Positions 50,831 through 63,990 of a stretch of DNA of 64,000 nt are shown here, piece by piece. A model generated the notes under the pieces. It searched no databases. It worked only from the letters and a program-made list of their open reading frames with translations, and had not been told where the DNA came from. How positions within the stretch are numbered: the stretch's first letter is position 1; each line of letters opens with the position of its first letter. Position numbers and translations under genes: made by a program. The stretch covers positions 2,914,001-2,978,000 of the forward strand of contig JAYWIR010000007.1 of the NCBI GenBank assembly GCA_036172245.1, given 5' to 3'. The stretch is from Raillietiella orientalis. Its lineage: Eukaryota.

Positions 50831-53800
50831 TGAGATGTATGGCCTTCTGGAACGAGGGCACGAGAGGTTCTAGCAAGAGAGACCGCCTCCCGCCACTCTT
50901 CCAGTTCCCGGCTATCGAGAGAGAAGGTTTAAGAGTCGACTGCTCCTCTGGGAGACTGATCTCCAGGAAACCGGATTTGGGCTGGACTCCGTGAGCCCTC
51001 GCAACTGAAGCGTACCGTGCAACAGTTTTAACTGCCGCGCTAACCGCTCTGTACACGCGAGATAAGGGATCTTCGTGTCAATGGGAAGATGAATCGTGCC
51101 GAAGATTAGCGCTTGCATATCCCCCTCTCCTCTCCACACACGAAATGCTCAGATAACTTTTCCTCCTGGTGGAGCTCTTGGCTAGATTTTCCGCGATCAT
51201 CTCTGACGAGAAAAAAAAAAAAGAGAGGAAGTGCGTGTGCAGAAGGGATAAGGAAGGCGCCATCTGCCAGTTTCACGACTTCCTCCTCCCCTTCGAATGC
51301 GATCACGTGGCTCGTCACTGGGAGAAACTCGAGCCTGCATCTGAGAAGGAGGGTCAGGGAAGGGAGGAGGTTCGAACTATTCCCCTCGACACATGCAGCC
51401 AGAGTAGCCACTGAGCGGTTTTGTCATTCCCCGTTCCCCAACGATCGACAACTCGGAAAAGTCAGAGAGAGACCTCTGTACGTTCTGCAAAGCGATCCAC
51501 CCGAAGCGCCACAAGGAAGTTCCGAAAGAGGTTCACGCAGTGGAGGAAACGACAAGCAAGGATGATGATGGACGATGACCATGGGATCAGGGAGGAGAAG
51601 GTTTCTTTTCTATCAGTAATGCGAGCGCAGGGCCAACTCTGAACCCTTCTTACTGATAGAGCCATTCCTTCTTCCATCCTTAGTGTGTCAAACGACACGA
51701 AGAGGCGGGTGTTGCTTCCGGAACGCCAGAAGGGAGCACTGAGGCTCATTACCCAGGCTAGCAGTCCCTCAGAAAAGGGGAGAGTGTGGAATAGCACTCG
51801 GACGAAATCCGAGGACTCCCCTTGGCTCCAGCGCCTCCGGAAGGCCATCGCCAGAATGCCTGCTGCTGCGGGTTGATATCAGGCAGTTTGCTGACAGTAG
51901 ACGCCATCCCTTGCCAATTCTACGGATGTCAGCCATTCGCTCCCTGTTCATCTAAAGCGTTTGCATCCACGAAGCTGCTTCACGCGTTACAGGGTCTCCT
52001 CCGGCCGAAAGGACCATTGCTCCAGTCGGAAGTAAAGCTCCGCTCCGTGCGCACTGCCAGAAGCAGAAGTTGTCGCTTTTTAGGAGAAGAAAGGCACGCT
52101 CCTTAGGAAAGGGCGACGGAAGCTGGCCACCCCTTCCTCCCTTCCTCTTTTTCCTCTTCTCTTGCGCGGTCTTCAGGGTGGTGTTGACAGAGACAACTAT
52201 TCTCCTGTTTCCTCTTCCCTGGCGTATTATTCCATCTCCACTCCTCTTACTCTTTCCCCTATCATTTCTCCTCCCGTTCCATCCACTTGCATTCGAGAAG
52301 CAGGACCTTTCTCCTGTTGCTCGACCTCAATTCCCTCGCACCCCTCCATCCCTTTGCCCCTTTCCTTGTGACCTCATATCTGCGCGTCGGTCTTCTCCTC
52401 AGTACTGCCACCTGTGATCCGAGGGAGGCCGCCTAGGGGCAGTCACTCATTCCCAGCACACTTTGGAAGCGGAGGGGTGGCTGAGCATTGGGGCTCATTC
52501 CTTGGGTTGCCCATCGATCCATTATTTTGAAGGGGGTGAGGGTCGAGATCTGGGGTGCATTGCCGCCCTCCCCTCAACTTTACCAACGGTCAGCGAGACG
52601 AAAAGCCAGGGTTCCTCCGGTCCCTATTTTTGAACATCTCAGGGCCTTTTTGGAGAGAAAGCGAGACAGAAGAGGGGAGCCAACGGAAGAAAAAGGGGGT
52701 ACCGTCCCCCATTCTCTCTCAAAGTCCTTCCTCTCTTTCTCCACGCGGTCGTATGAGTGGTCATAGGAGATGGGAAAAAGGAGCATTCCCATGGGATCAC
52801 GTAGGAAGAGGGGGTTCATGACTCAGATCTCTGAAGAGGAAGAAAACCGAGTTGAAGAGAAATCAGTTTTGCCTGTTCTTCGAGTCTCTCTTACCGGCTC
52901 CCTCTTTGCAGCTCCCTTGAAAGTTCGATTCCCCCCACGATCCAGGTTCTCCTACTCCCATGATCTTTATATCCCGTTCCCTGGAGAGAAAAAGAGACTC
53001 GCGCGCAGGAGGAACGAGGGGGAGGGGAGGGGGAACTTTAGTTTCCCTTCCCTGGGGAAGAAGGCGGTCCAAGAGAGCTGCCCTAAGGAGACGGGCAGGA
53101 GAAGCCCTCTGCCCTTCTTCCCTCCCTCTTTCGTCCAGAAAATCTTTTTCCTCCCATCTCCCCGCAAACTTTCTTGATACCCTCTCCTAGCAAAGCTGCC
53201 TCCGCGTCTCGCATACCCCACACCTCCCGTCGTCAACAGCAACCGAAGACTAGCAAGCGGAGGGCTGCCTCGTAGCGCCTGTTCCGTGGAGCATCCCTCA
53301 CGGTGTGAACACGTAACTGTCGTTTGAAGAGGCGGAGCACCGACCCCGCAGCGCTCCAGACACGCGGTGTCTGAAGTGCGTACTAAATGCGCTCCGCCTT
53401 TAGCCGGGAAGCACTAAGAGGTCCGGTCCTCTCTTCAGCTCTGAACCCCTGAGTCTAGCGCGGATTCTGCGGGAGCCTCATCGTCGGCGAACTCGCCGCA
53501 CTCGCGCTTCGCCCGGAGGCAGGGTCAGGGAATGGGGAAGGAGAGGACGGGACTTAGCCGGCGAGGAGTTTTGCTTGCGCTTTCCAAGTGTATAGCTCTC
53601 TCGAGGTCGCGTCCTCGAAGAAAAGGTAGGAGACAGGTCAAGGAGCGGCAGACTGTCGAGCGTTCTGTTGCCATGGAGTGTCATCCTTTCCTCTCTTTCC
53701 TCTGGAAGTGGCTGCTCTTTGTGCGGACCCGGGAGGTGAATGGGATCAAACATCCGCTCCTCGACACAGCTTCCACCTCGTCGTCGGGAGGGTTCCTCGC

Positions 53801-54347
53801 GCTCATCTTGAGAGACGGCGGGAGAGAGGGTGTCTCCTGCCTCCTGGCAAGGTTGCTCGAGGTCGGAGCTCTCTCAACTTAAGGGCGTTGGGCACTTCCT
53901 TCAGCTTCAACCCCGGACTTCCGGAAACACCTTCTACTCAGCCCATCCTCTGCCGAGCGTGCTATTTTACGAATTCGCGGCTGCTCACCTTCAGCTCGCG
54001 GGGTCAGAGGAGGAAATTCCCTTCCACTGCCGGAAAGGGGGAGAGGTCGAGGAAGTGTCCCCAGGCCAGCTGCTTGGCTAAGACGGAGGGGCCACTGCCG
54101 TCATCGGCACCTCTGGTTCGTCTGCCACCCGCACGAGCCAAGAGCGCGCACGTCGGGTAGGAGCAGCAGGGCGGGTGAGAGCGGGGGACGCGACCGGCAG
54201 CTCGCAAGTGGCGCGAGACGGAGCCCAGCCGGTGGCTGCCGTTTCGGAGCGTCCTTCGGCATCCGCTCGGAGAAGGGGAGGAGTGAGGAAACGAAGTGGG
54301 GGGGGGGGGGAGGGAGAGGACTCCTCTCCTCCTCGCGGCGGCGGCTC

Positions 54348-54541
54348 TGATAACCGAAAGATTCGCCCTGCGAAGGAGCGTTTCGATCCCATCTCCCTTA
54401 TCGCCCTTTATGGGAGAGTTGAGCAAAAATGAAGCTCCTTTGTAGCTCCTTACACCTTCGCTCTTATCTGCTTCGGGAGGAGCCGATGCGTAGGTCCAGA
54501 TAAGTGCGTCCGGCAGATGGGAGCACAATGGACGCAGATAA
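54348..54541. promoter_or_regulatory. GATA-site cluster (5 HGATAA), candidate enhancer
   Basis: TGATAA 54348, TTATCG 54398, TTATCT 54464, AGATAA 54498, AGATAA 54536 in GC-rich sequence, just after a long poly-G run (~54298-54310). Confidence 0.55.
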
Positions 54542-57199
54542 AGAGCGGGCCGGCTTTCACCGGGACCTCGGAATGCGCAGCGGCGGAGGCAGCTCTGGCG
54601 TGGGGAAGGGGGAATGTGAGGAGGAGAAGAGCAGGACGACCCCTTCTCTGCTCTGAGAAGAAGAGGAAGACTGGGCTCTGGGACTGTCGCCCCTAGGAGT
54701 GGGATCCGAGAGTTTCGCAGGCGCAGCAGCCCACCTTCGTCAGAACGCGCAGGGAACTCGATAGGCGGAAGTTTCGCGGCTGGCAGCGCCCTCGGTACGA
54801 GAGTTCGCATCTTCTCATCCGGAGAGATGCTGTACCTTCTCGGGTCATCCGCAGAGAGAACTAAAGCAAAAAAAAAGGAGACGACCAGCGGCTGTGCCAG
54901 AGAAGAGACCGGCTCGCAGGTGCTCATTCTTGTCGCGTGCAGCTGCGCAGCCGCCACCACTGCCAGTCCTTCCTCCTTGGGAGAAAGGGGAGGAGTAAAA
55001 AAAAACAGAGAGAATCGAAGGAGATGCAGACTTTAGGTGCACCTGGCCGAGATGCAGACTTCCGCCCGATGGCGCTTTTTTTTGGCGACGAAGGGCGCTC
55101 AGATGGAGTGCCGCGGAGGTTGAGTCGCCCTTCTCGCAGCTTGCTCTCGCGGAGCGACAAGAGAAATTCGGAGGCAGAGGCGAGTTGCCCTTTGCCTTCG
55201 CCTCTTCACGGTTCCCGGATCTTCCCCTTTGACTACTGGTCCGACCGAGTGAAAACGCGTGCTCCATTCTTCGCTTTCCTTCGGAGATCCGAGACGGTCG
55301 CGGTGCGCAGGCCGTGGTGTTTAGATTGTGCGCCATTATCGTCGTCTGTCAGGGAGCCCGCAAAAATTCCCTTCCCCTTCTACACGCTCCGTGACAGCCA
55401 GCACTGCCCTAGCGCCCGAAGGACCCCTCCCACGTTCCTCCTATCCTCTTTTTCCTTCTCCACCTCCCCTCTTGTTCCTTTTCCCCATCTGCCGACTTTG
55501 CCCGCCGCGGAGAGAAAAGTCATCGCCCACCTGTCCATCCCGCCGCGCTTGCTCAAAACTCTCCATGACTTACCAAGGGCGACCTTGGAGGGTGTTCTGA
55601 TAGCAGGGTTTTGTCTGCTGCGGCGACTGCCAGCCGCCAACAGGGGAGGAGTCTTCCCCTTAGTGTGCCGAGGACCGGAAGCCGGACTGGCCCTCGTGAC
55701 CGATGTGCTAGCTCCCGGATTGGCGGCAAGAAGAAGAATAAGGGAATTCAAAAATTCTCCTTTCTCAGCAGAGGGCGTAAAGGGGGGAGGGTGGAGAGGA
55801 GCCGGCTGCTGTCCCGCTCCAGCTACGTCCTACTTTCACCTACTCCTGAACTTCCCCGGGGTCCAAGGGAAGCACAGCGCATCCGCTTCCGCTTCCTATC
55901 CTCAGGAGCATAAGGAAGAAATTCATGCTCACGGCCTTGGGGGGGACGAAAAGGAGGCATTTTGCTCCCGTCCCTCCAATTCCCAGAGGCGTCAACCAGT
56001 CACTCCCAGGCAGGGCTCATGCTGTTCTACTTCGTCTCCTGGGCCGTTTGCTCCTTCCTCTCGCGACTCCCATCTCGGCAAATAGGCATGGTGGGGGCAA
56101 TAGGATGGGGGGCATTCCACTGATCCTATCCTACTGCCCCGTTTGCCCCATGTTTGCCCCGTGCGTCCATCCTTCCCAGGAGAGCCATCGCGGATGCGAT
56201 TTCTCTTCAGAGGACTCTGCAAAGGACTCATGTGTGCTCAGGTGGAGGATAACTATGAAAACGGGGAATGGGAGTCTCGCTGGCGGCCAGGAAGAAAAAA
56301 GGGGAGTGGGTTTCTTCTGCATCTCCGCAACTCATGCTGAGCCCCAGTGCTGAAACCTCCGCAGCCGCTGGATCGATATTTCCCGACTCCGCTGCGGTTT
56401 CTCAGCCTCGGTGGCCGTTGCGTACGGGTTCTTCGGTTTCCCAGAAGCTGAGTCTGCCGGAGCAAGGAGACAGATCGAGAGTGGGGGATGATCAGAAAAA
56501 GGAATGACGACGGCATTGATGGAGACTGTGATGATGCCCATGAATTCGTGAGGCATCATCACCCTAGCCTCCCTAGATGAGAGTGCTTGCCGGAACACCT
56601 GGCTAGGCGGAGAGGGGTCGGAGGAGTGAGATGCTTGCTAGACCCGGAGGGCGTTCTATCCGCACACTCCTGCTTTCGTAGGTCCAGATCCCCTTCTCGT
56701 AAAGGGCTTTTTCCTTTTTCTTCGATGAAAGGCCGTGCTCTCTATGGACGCGTTTTCGGCGTGGCAACCTCTCTTCCAGTGCCTGATCCCGTCCTTCCTT
56801 TCACCAATCCAGGTCTTCACAACCCTCCTCCCTCCGCCGTGCTCTTTATCGGGGGGCTTCTTACTCAGATCTGTGTTCGTCTGTGCCGATCACTGCCTGC
56901 AAGCAAGCAGTAGGATTTCGGCCGATTCACCCCTCGCGGGTGTCCTAGAAACCAGAAGGCAAGGAGAGAAGCGACCTTTTCTTCGCGCCACGGAATTGTT
57001 CGGGTACCGAGAGGGGTCTCCCAGGGAAACAAGACTAGGTCCCGTATGCATTTGTGTGATCCTCAACTTCCTTTTTCGAGGAAGGCTTTTTCCTTCGGGA
57101 TCCGGAAGCATCATCCATTTTCTTCCCGTATCCCCTTGTGCCAGCCGCACGTTTGCCATCTTTATCTCAACTTTGGCGCCATCGAGACCACGCTGTCTT

Positions 57200-58760
57200 T
57201 ATTAATTCTTTTACAACCGTTTTACAACTACGGAATGAACACAGGTACGGCAGATAAGGAAGAAGCTGTGCTCCTCGGACCCTCGAAAGGGTCGTAACAG
57301 AAGAAGCTGGGGAACACCATATGCTCTTTCCCGGAAATCCAGTAAATCGGGACATAAAAGTGTTCCCGGGACGAAGTTCTCCCATCTTCACTATCGCGTA
57401 CGAAACAGCTCAATTGCGTAATCATCATGCCTTGCGAAGGGGGGCTGCTGAGTCCTCCAGAACTGCCCGCCAGCGTTTATTGTTCCCGTTCTTCTCTGGA
57501 ACGTTTGATGGTCTGCGTCATGTGAGATGCCACCGATGATTGTTTGCGTTCTTCCTCCCCTGAAAGCGACTTTTATGGGAAAGGGTCTACAGCTCCTGTC
57601 GTCTCGAATGGGATGAGAGGAAATCCTCGTCTTGGTAAAAGGTCACTTTTTTTCCCCTTCCCTTCGACGGGATGGGAAGAAGGAGAACAGAATGGGATTC
57701 CTGGACGGAGCCCACAGGACGGAGGTGTTCTTGTGCTTGCAAGGGAAGCATTCCGATCGATCGATTCAGACACACCTTTGGTGAATGACCTTGAACTTCG
57801 CAGCCCGTCGAGGGAATGGAGCTGGAAAAGAGGATGCACAGTGATAGAAGGGATCCCAGTTCATTTTGCCGAATCCACACGCAACTTCCGGAGGAATCCT
57901 GGTCGATGTGGCTGACCCATTGCGTCGTTTGCACTTCCTGTAGTTCAGTTTCGGGACCAAAAACTCCGAGCCAAACTTGTCCATCTGTTTATCCTCCGAG
58001 ATTCTTCCTGACCTTCCTGGTACAGCGAGACTCTCGCTGAGCCGGTTGCTGTCGGCATCCTCACGTGAGAAGAAAACAAAGCTCTCAAGATACCGAAGTG
58101 CATGCCTACCAGTGGAAGGGTCTCCAAGGCACCGTTGCTTCTCCGGATTTAAGAAGGAGAGGTCCTCAAATGCCCAAAGGAAGGCATACGCCGAATCTCT
58201 GCTTCCTTCTGGAGGGATATGCGGTCATTGGTGCGGCGCCCATTCTGATTCGATCCTCGTCCTGCATCTTTGCTCTCATTGCTCTCTTCCCACATGCCTA
58301 CGTGAGCAGCAGCGACTCTGGAATGTCGATTCTGTTCGGAAGCAGGCTGAAAAAAGGAGACACCAGTATCCGACTGCACGGGATGAATGGGAAGAAAATC
58401 GCCTCGGTTCATCTTGGAGATGAGGGAGACGCACGCTCGCGAAACACGGCCCGGAAGGAGTTCGAGTTTGTCCTCATTTCCTCCCCCCCTTTCCCTTCCA
58501 CTCGCTCATAAGGGAGGACTTCTGCAACCCGTGACTCGAGAGACGAGGGATGTTGGTGCGCAGCGAGTCGGTGAGTGCGGAGCAGAACCTTGTGCGCACT
58601 GGGGTGAATCAAGAATCCGCGCAAAACAAATCCTAGCTTCTCCATGCGGTTTCTGTTGTTGCTGTCTTCATGCACATGGGCACCTGGCAGTTTTCGTGGT
58701 GGTCCGGAAGCTGTGCAGGGGATTTCCAATCTCTCAGTTATGGAGCCACTCTCGATGCGC
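57200..58760 (-). mobile_element. Ty3/Gypsy pol remnant 1 (RNase H end + integrase)
   Basis: MDK..V....RKC (zinc-domain-like); FTKGVSESIDRN..GIPFCSPSSHPVEG (cf. FxxxGxPExIVSDN..GI..PxHPxSNG, ORF 57573..57839); LRPGN..W and GPRS at the integrase C-terminus. Confidence 0.55.
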
Positions 58761-59289
58761 ATCTGAGTCCACGAACCCTTGGCTTACCTAAGCGTGTTAG
58801 CCGCCGCTGCCGCTGTTCGCTTGGCTTTTCGCTGGAAGGGCACTGCGCGGACCGAAACCGGTCCACCATTGGGGACGAGACCCGCGACGGTCCCCTGTGC
58901 CTCTTCCTCTTGTAGGAAGACTCGCCTCTCCATCACTGGTGTGTCATCACGCTGCGGGGCACGCTCTGCTCCACACATCACACTCCTTCCTCCAGGAAAG
59001 AGCATGGATGCACGAGCTCCTGTTGTTGTATGGCCAGCAGCCTTTGCTTGTCGGTCTGCGTCCCCCGCTAAAGACGCTCTTCCCCACTGCTGACTCACTC
59101 TGAGTTCCGTTATCCGCTGTTCGCTGGCCTCTCAAGGATCAGAACACTAGCAAACTGCCTTCACGAGAGGAACCAGCATCCTGATCGAAGGCACGCACTG
59201 CAACTGGGGTGACCAATTCCACCATTCAGGAGGGGATAAATTCTTCTCATATAGGCTTCGCCGCGCATCTCTGCCACCGGAAGGCGGAA

Positions 59290-60742
59290 ACTTATGCGTT
59301 CCACTCGCTTATTCGACTGCTCCCTCCGCGCTGTTGGGTTTCACCACTTCCGACTCGGTTAGCAAACTCTGAGGTAGGTGCCGTCATGAGTGTTCTCACT
59401 TGCATGGGAAGCGGGAAAGCGGGGATACAACTTCTTTCTTGGTAGGCTCCTTCCTCGAAAGGTGGCCAGACGCCACGTTCCGAATGACCACCAGGATGTT
59501 CCAAAATCTTTAGAAGACTTCCCAGCGTACGTGTTTGGATTTTTCCGCTTTCTTCCGAGCTTGCTGCTTTCGGTCAAAACTCCCACCTTTGGGGTGGAGA
59601 TCCCATTAACTCACGCTTCAATGTCGCCGTTCTTGTGCACATAATGACTCCTTAGAGCGTTTCATTTGCGAGTATGGAGCTTTTCGCTTGCGAAACAGCC
59701 TCAGGGCCGTTGCACATTTCCTCCAGAGAATCCTCGATCAGGAAGGCTTCACTTTCACCAAAACCACAAGACGTGAGTCCTCTTCGATTCGCATCCTGGG
59801 CAAGACTTCCGACGTCAACTTTGACGTGGGATGAGCGATCCTGAAGACTCACCCCTTTCTCTACGAAAAACCTCAATCCAGAACCGATTTGGGAGATATG
59901 GGCCTGCACTGGTCCATATCTGATCATCCTCAGCAGCAGCAACAACTTGGAAACTCGATCCCGCTTTCTGATTTTCTGCTTTGGTAAACCAGGATCGGGA
60001 AATGCGGCGCTTTTCAAATCGTCGCTTTCCTGTTTTTTTTCTTCCGCCCACGTGAAATGGAATTCGGGGGGCTTTTATCTCTTGGAAACTTGAGCTGCCG
60101 TTTCATATCTGAACGGATCGCTAAACAGAGCAGAAGAGCATGCTTCTTTTCGTTTGAAGGACCTACCGACGTTTGCTCTGGCAAGAAGTGAAACTCATTC
60201 TTTCAAGTTACTTTGCCTCGCATCAGAATTTCGAATCAGAGTCCGTGTCCACTCAGAAAGTGGAGTTACGGTTCCAGAGAACACGGGATGTCCAACTGTG
60301 ACATCGGAAACATCACCGCTCAGCTGCATTGCATTTATTCGATGTAGGGGATAGCCTTCGTATCGAAGTGAAGGAACTTGAAGCTCTTTATTTCTAAGCG
60401 CGGCAGTAACCGTGCTTCTGCTGGTGACCTTGAAGGGTAGGAACGAGATCACTCTTCAGTATCTACCCATTTCGCTGTGGAGTTGCTTTCTCATCCTCCT
60501 GCCTACTGGGATGCTATTTTTGTCATGTTGGCTCCGGAAATTCAGTTTGTATTGGAGCTCATGAAGAAAGATGATTTTGTGTTTAAGGGTTGGTGTGCTC
60601 GCCAACACAGTTTCAGGCACACAGCAGAGCTTAACTGTTTAAGTGGTGATTTTTCAAAGAGATTTTGGACCAACGTTGTAGCAGGAGTCGTCCCAAAGTG
60701 GTGTTGTGCTGTCGTCGTGCTCATTCTTCTCGTAATCGACAT
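59290..60742 (-). mobile_element. Ty3/Gypsy pol remnant 2 (RT, RNase H, integrase); weaker protease/gag-like signal may extend to ~62300
   Basis: HFGTTPA..VQ (cf. PFGxxxAP..FQ); QLSGDVSDVTVG (cf. LxxDASDxGVG) and PLSEWTRTL..SNLKE (cf. PIAYASRTL..YSQxEKE) in ORF 60195..60452; PPQRWE; HSE..PPF..TAP..AN (integrase-like, ORF 59292..59504). Confidence 0.55.
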
Positions 60743-63040
60743 TTACCAGGCAACTACATGGGAATGTTTTTTTTTTTTTTTTTTAAAGTACAGCAGAGTC
60801 GTTACTTGGAAGACAGAAAAGAGTGAGATACGAGATGAAAATTTGGGAATTGAGTAACATGGAGAACACTTGCAGCTTGTCAGGTCTCTTGGGCTTTCAA
60901 GCAACTTTACTTTGACATCTCTTCGGAACGACTTGCTCGGTCCGTTGCATCAAAGCCTCTTCTATTTTTTCTAATTGATTTACTTCGATTCCGCGGAATT
61001 GTGTCTGCGAAAACCTCGAAATGAGACGTGTACTTGAGAAGTCATTAGGAGACGACTGAGATTTGGAAACTTCTGCAAAACTTTCTTCTGTTTCGGGAGA
61101 GAGAACGACAGCAACAAAAAAGAATCAAATAGAGCAAATCAATTTTCAGGTGTGTGAATTTTGGAAACAAATATTCATGTAAATACTGCGTCTCATTAAA
61201 AGATGTGGAGTTGAAAATATGCGCATGAGAGTGAAAAAATACGATAAAACACGTTTTATTACATAACAACCACTTCCCGCCAAATCTGGAAAACGATTCC
61301 TTGGCTGGTGCAAATCAAAAGTGTTCTTTCTTTCAAAATATAAAAAGATGAGCATTCCCAGTAAACTGTTTCGCGTTCTGGACTGCTTTCGTTGCCCTTC
61401 CCATTAAGCCCAGTTCGTGCCACGGGGTTCCAGTTTTTGTAATCTTTCGCATGAGATCGAAAAAGTCACATTTCGATGTCATGGCAACACGTCCAAGTGC
61501 AGAATTCCGAAGAATATGTTGATGAAGGGGTACTGGGCTGCGCCATCAGAAAATTCGTCGATCCTTCTTCACCCTCAACTATGGAGCTCAACTATCCAGG
61601 CTGTTCCTATCTTTACAGTGAGGGCATGGACACTCTCATAATGTTTGGAAAACTTCTGATTGGGTAGCTGATGAGCTGCTCTTCACACAAAACCTTCTGT
61701 CTTGTGTGCAGGGTGGCCGGTGAGTTACTCCAGAATCATAGCAACAACCCCAGAGGCAACGCACCTCCGAGTGGCTAACCGAGCTCCAGATTAAAGCCCC
61801 AGAATTTCGCCGATACTCGTTGCCATGTTCCCCTCCTCACACTTTCAACCTTGGAATTCTTCAGCCTCAAAACTTTGCCGTCGCCTTTTTCCTATAGCAG
61901 CTTCACGTGCCCTACCAAAGCATAACATAGCTGTACGAATTCACTCCAGCCACTCTGCGAAGAACTGAACAGAACATGGAATTTATTTGCCATTCCGATT
62001 TCGTTGTAGAATCCTTGTGAATTTCGTCTATGCACCCTTGGTGTCTTTTTGGTGCTGAGTTTGCCTTCCGTGCGTGAGCTTCAAAGCTCCTTCAAGAGCC
62101 TTGGAGCACACTGGCGTGCTTCCTTCCAGAGTTTCGCTCTTTGTCCAAAGCGCTCACCATCCTTCAGTTGCAACCACTTTTCCTTGAGCTTCAGTGGACT
62201 CTTGGTCCATCTTCTTTAAATTACCTTGCTGCAAATTTTCTTCCGAAAACAAGAGTGAAAACGTAACAGAGAGAGATAAAGTTCATAGCACATCAACGCT
62301 GCGCCATCGAGAAACACTTAGGACGTACTAGTTCGAATGCTGTGTTTCATGGTGTAAGAATCCGTTCATCTTCGTCTCCGTCACCCTAGACTCGCTTTTC
62401 AGTCATCGTGCTTCCATGAGGCCTGTGATAAGGATGGCCTTTTTTCGGACGAAATCTCCTATTCTCATCTCTCTGCCTAGTTAGAGTGCCTCATTGTGAG
62501 TCATCAATGTCTTCGAAATTGCTGTTAGTGGCACGATCCACCTGCTACTGCTGACTCTCCTTGTCGCAAAGTAGTCATGGTGACGAGCGGGATGCCTTCC
62601 GGTTCCAATGCCGATCAGATGCATGACGCAACATCACGTTGTATTCCGCCAATAATATGCGACTTTCCTTCACGCAAGCAAATACTTGCCGGATAGTGAA
62701 CGAGAACTGTGAACGCTCGAGGCCCGAGAATGATGTGCCTCAGCCTTGTCTTGTTATTGGTATCGGGTGCTGATGATGGAGCGATGATGTTTCCCGTGCT
62801 TTCTTCCGTGACTGCTTTTGTGTCTCAGAGCGCTGCCCGGTGTTCAGTGATCATTTTGTTTCGGAGAACGTTTCGGTTCTAAAAAATATAAAGTGGGAAG
62901 AGAAGACGCCTGTAATCTTTATTTTTAATTCCTTTTCTTCCAAATCACCAGGAGACGCAAGCTTTCTGGATGCAACTCTTCCCGTTTATCCAGTTACGTT
63001 CTGCCGAGATTCCTCAAAACCGAAATTTCACGTCAGAGAA

Positions 63041-63990
63041 TTAGATGTTGTCCACAGTGCGATAATGGATAAGGAATTCGAATGTTTCATCGGAAGCACT
63101 CCATTCGCCAAACCTCCGAAAGGGAAACTGTTTAAGAAAGACGTCGAGTCGCAACCTCCGAAAACAGAGCTGATGGAAAGTGACGATGGGTCCATCAATG
63201 CTTTCGCAAGTATGGAAAGTGTTCTGCGTTAAGAAGAAACGGTCTCGATGAGAATTTCCTTCTTCCGACCAGATGAGGCGGCTGTGCCACCTCCGGGGAC
63301 CACCTGTCAGCCATCCAACGACGCTCCGAAAAAGGATGCAGCCCCCTCTAACTGTAAGTGCGTCACGAAGATGACATTTATACCTTGTCATAAAGTCTTA
63401 TGAGTTTCAAACGCCTTTATCGCGAATTAAAACTTTGATTAGCGCTTATCAAACACGATGTGGTAAACGAAATGCAGATCGGGCACACGATCCACATTCT
63501 CTGGATTGCCGTCGATCGATTCATCTCCATTCTGTCCTGCCAAGGGATATCATCACCCTTATTGATTTCAGCAGTGTGACTTGTACAATCAATCACGGAT
63601 AAGACAGCGGAGTTTCACGTTTGTGCTTTCAGTGAGGTAAAAAGCCCTGCTGTTACTTTTGCTCGGCCAAATTTTGCTGTGAAGGCAGCTCGCTCGCGTT
63701 CCGTGAGTCGGGCAGGTCGTACGGGTCGCCGTTCTGACTGCAGGGTTTTCGGGTTCATGGGGCTCCAGGTGGTCAGCCTTACCCGGTTTGAGCGCGAGTT
63801 TGTACGAATTCCGTACCAAGCGACCAGAGATGACACGCTCCCTCATCTTTCGCGGACTCCTCCCCTCGCGTCCCGTTTCGGACCGATGAGATCTTCTGTC
63901 TTGAAACTTCTGTGGAAACAGGGCAATGTCCGAGATTGAACGGACAGTTCTGCTTCTGTTCTCATCTTCCATGTTGCTCCGCAGAGCCAC
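63041..63990 (-). mobile_element. Ty3/Gypsy pol remnant 3 (RNase H end + integrase N-part)
   Basis: LVRNSYKLALKPGKADHL (cf. LxxYxYxxxYKPGK..ADxL), RDALTVRGGCILF..VV (cf. RDELSVxxGCLL..RVV) and FRRLRLD (cf. WxRLHxD). Confidence 0.5.

Noticed and set aside
54004..56085. Long ORFs of 318 aa (-) and 382 aa (+) as genes
   Set aside because: Low-complexity R/S/P/L composition, overlapping ORFs in all frames and no domain motifs; expected in GC-rich DNA.
49960..56300. Candidate second exons of the RRKQ gene (after TTTTCAG ~49993, CTCTTCAG ~56210)
   Set aside because: No recognisable FOG/Oaz peptide or convincing donor; cannot be supported without transcripts.
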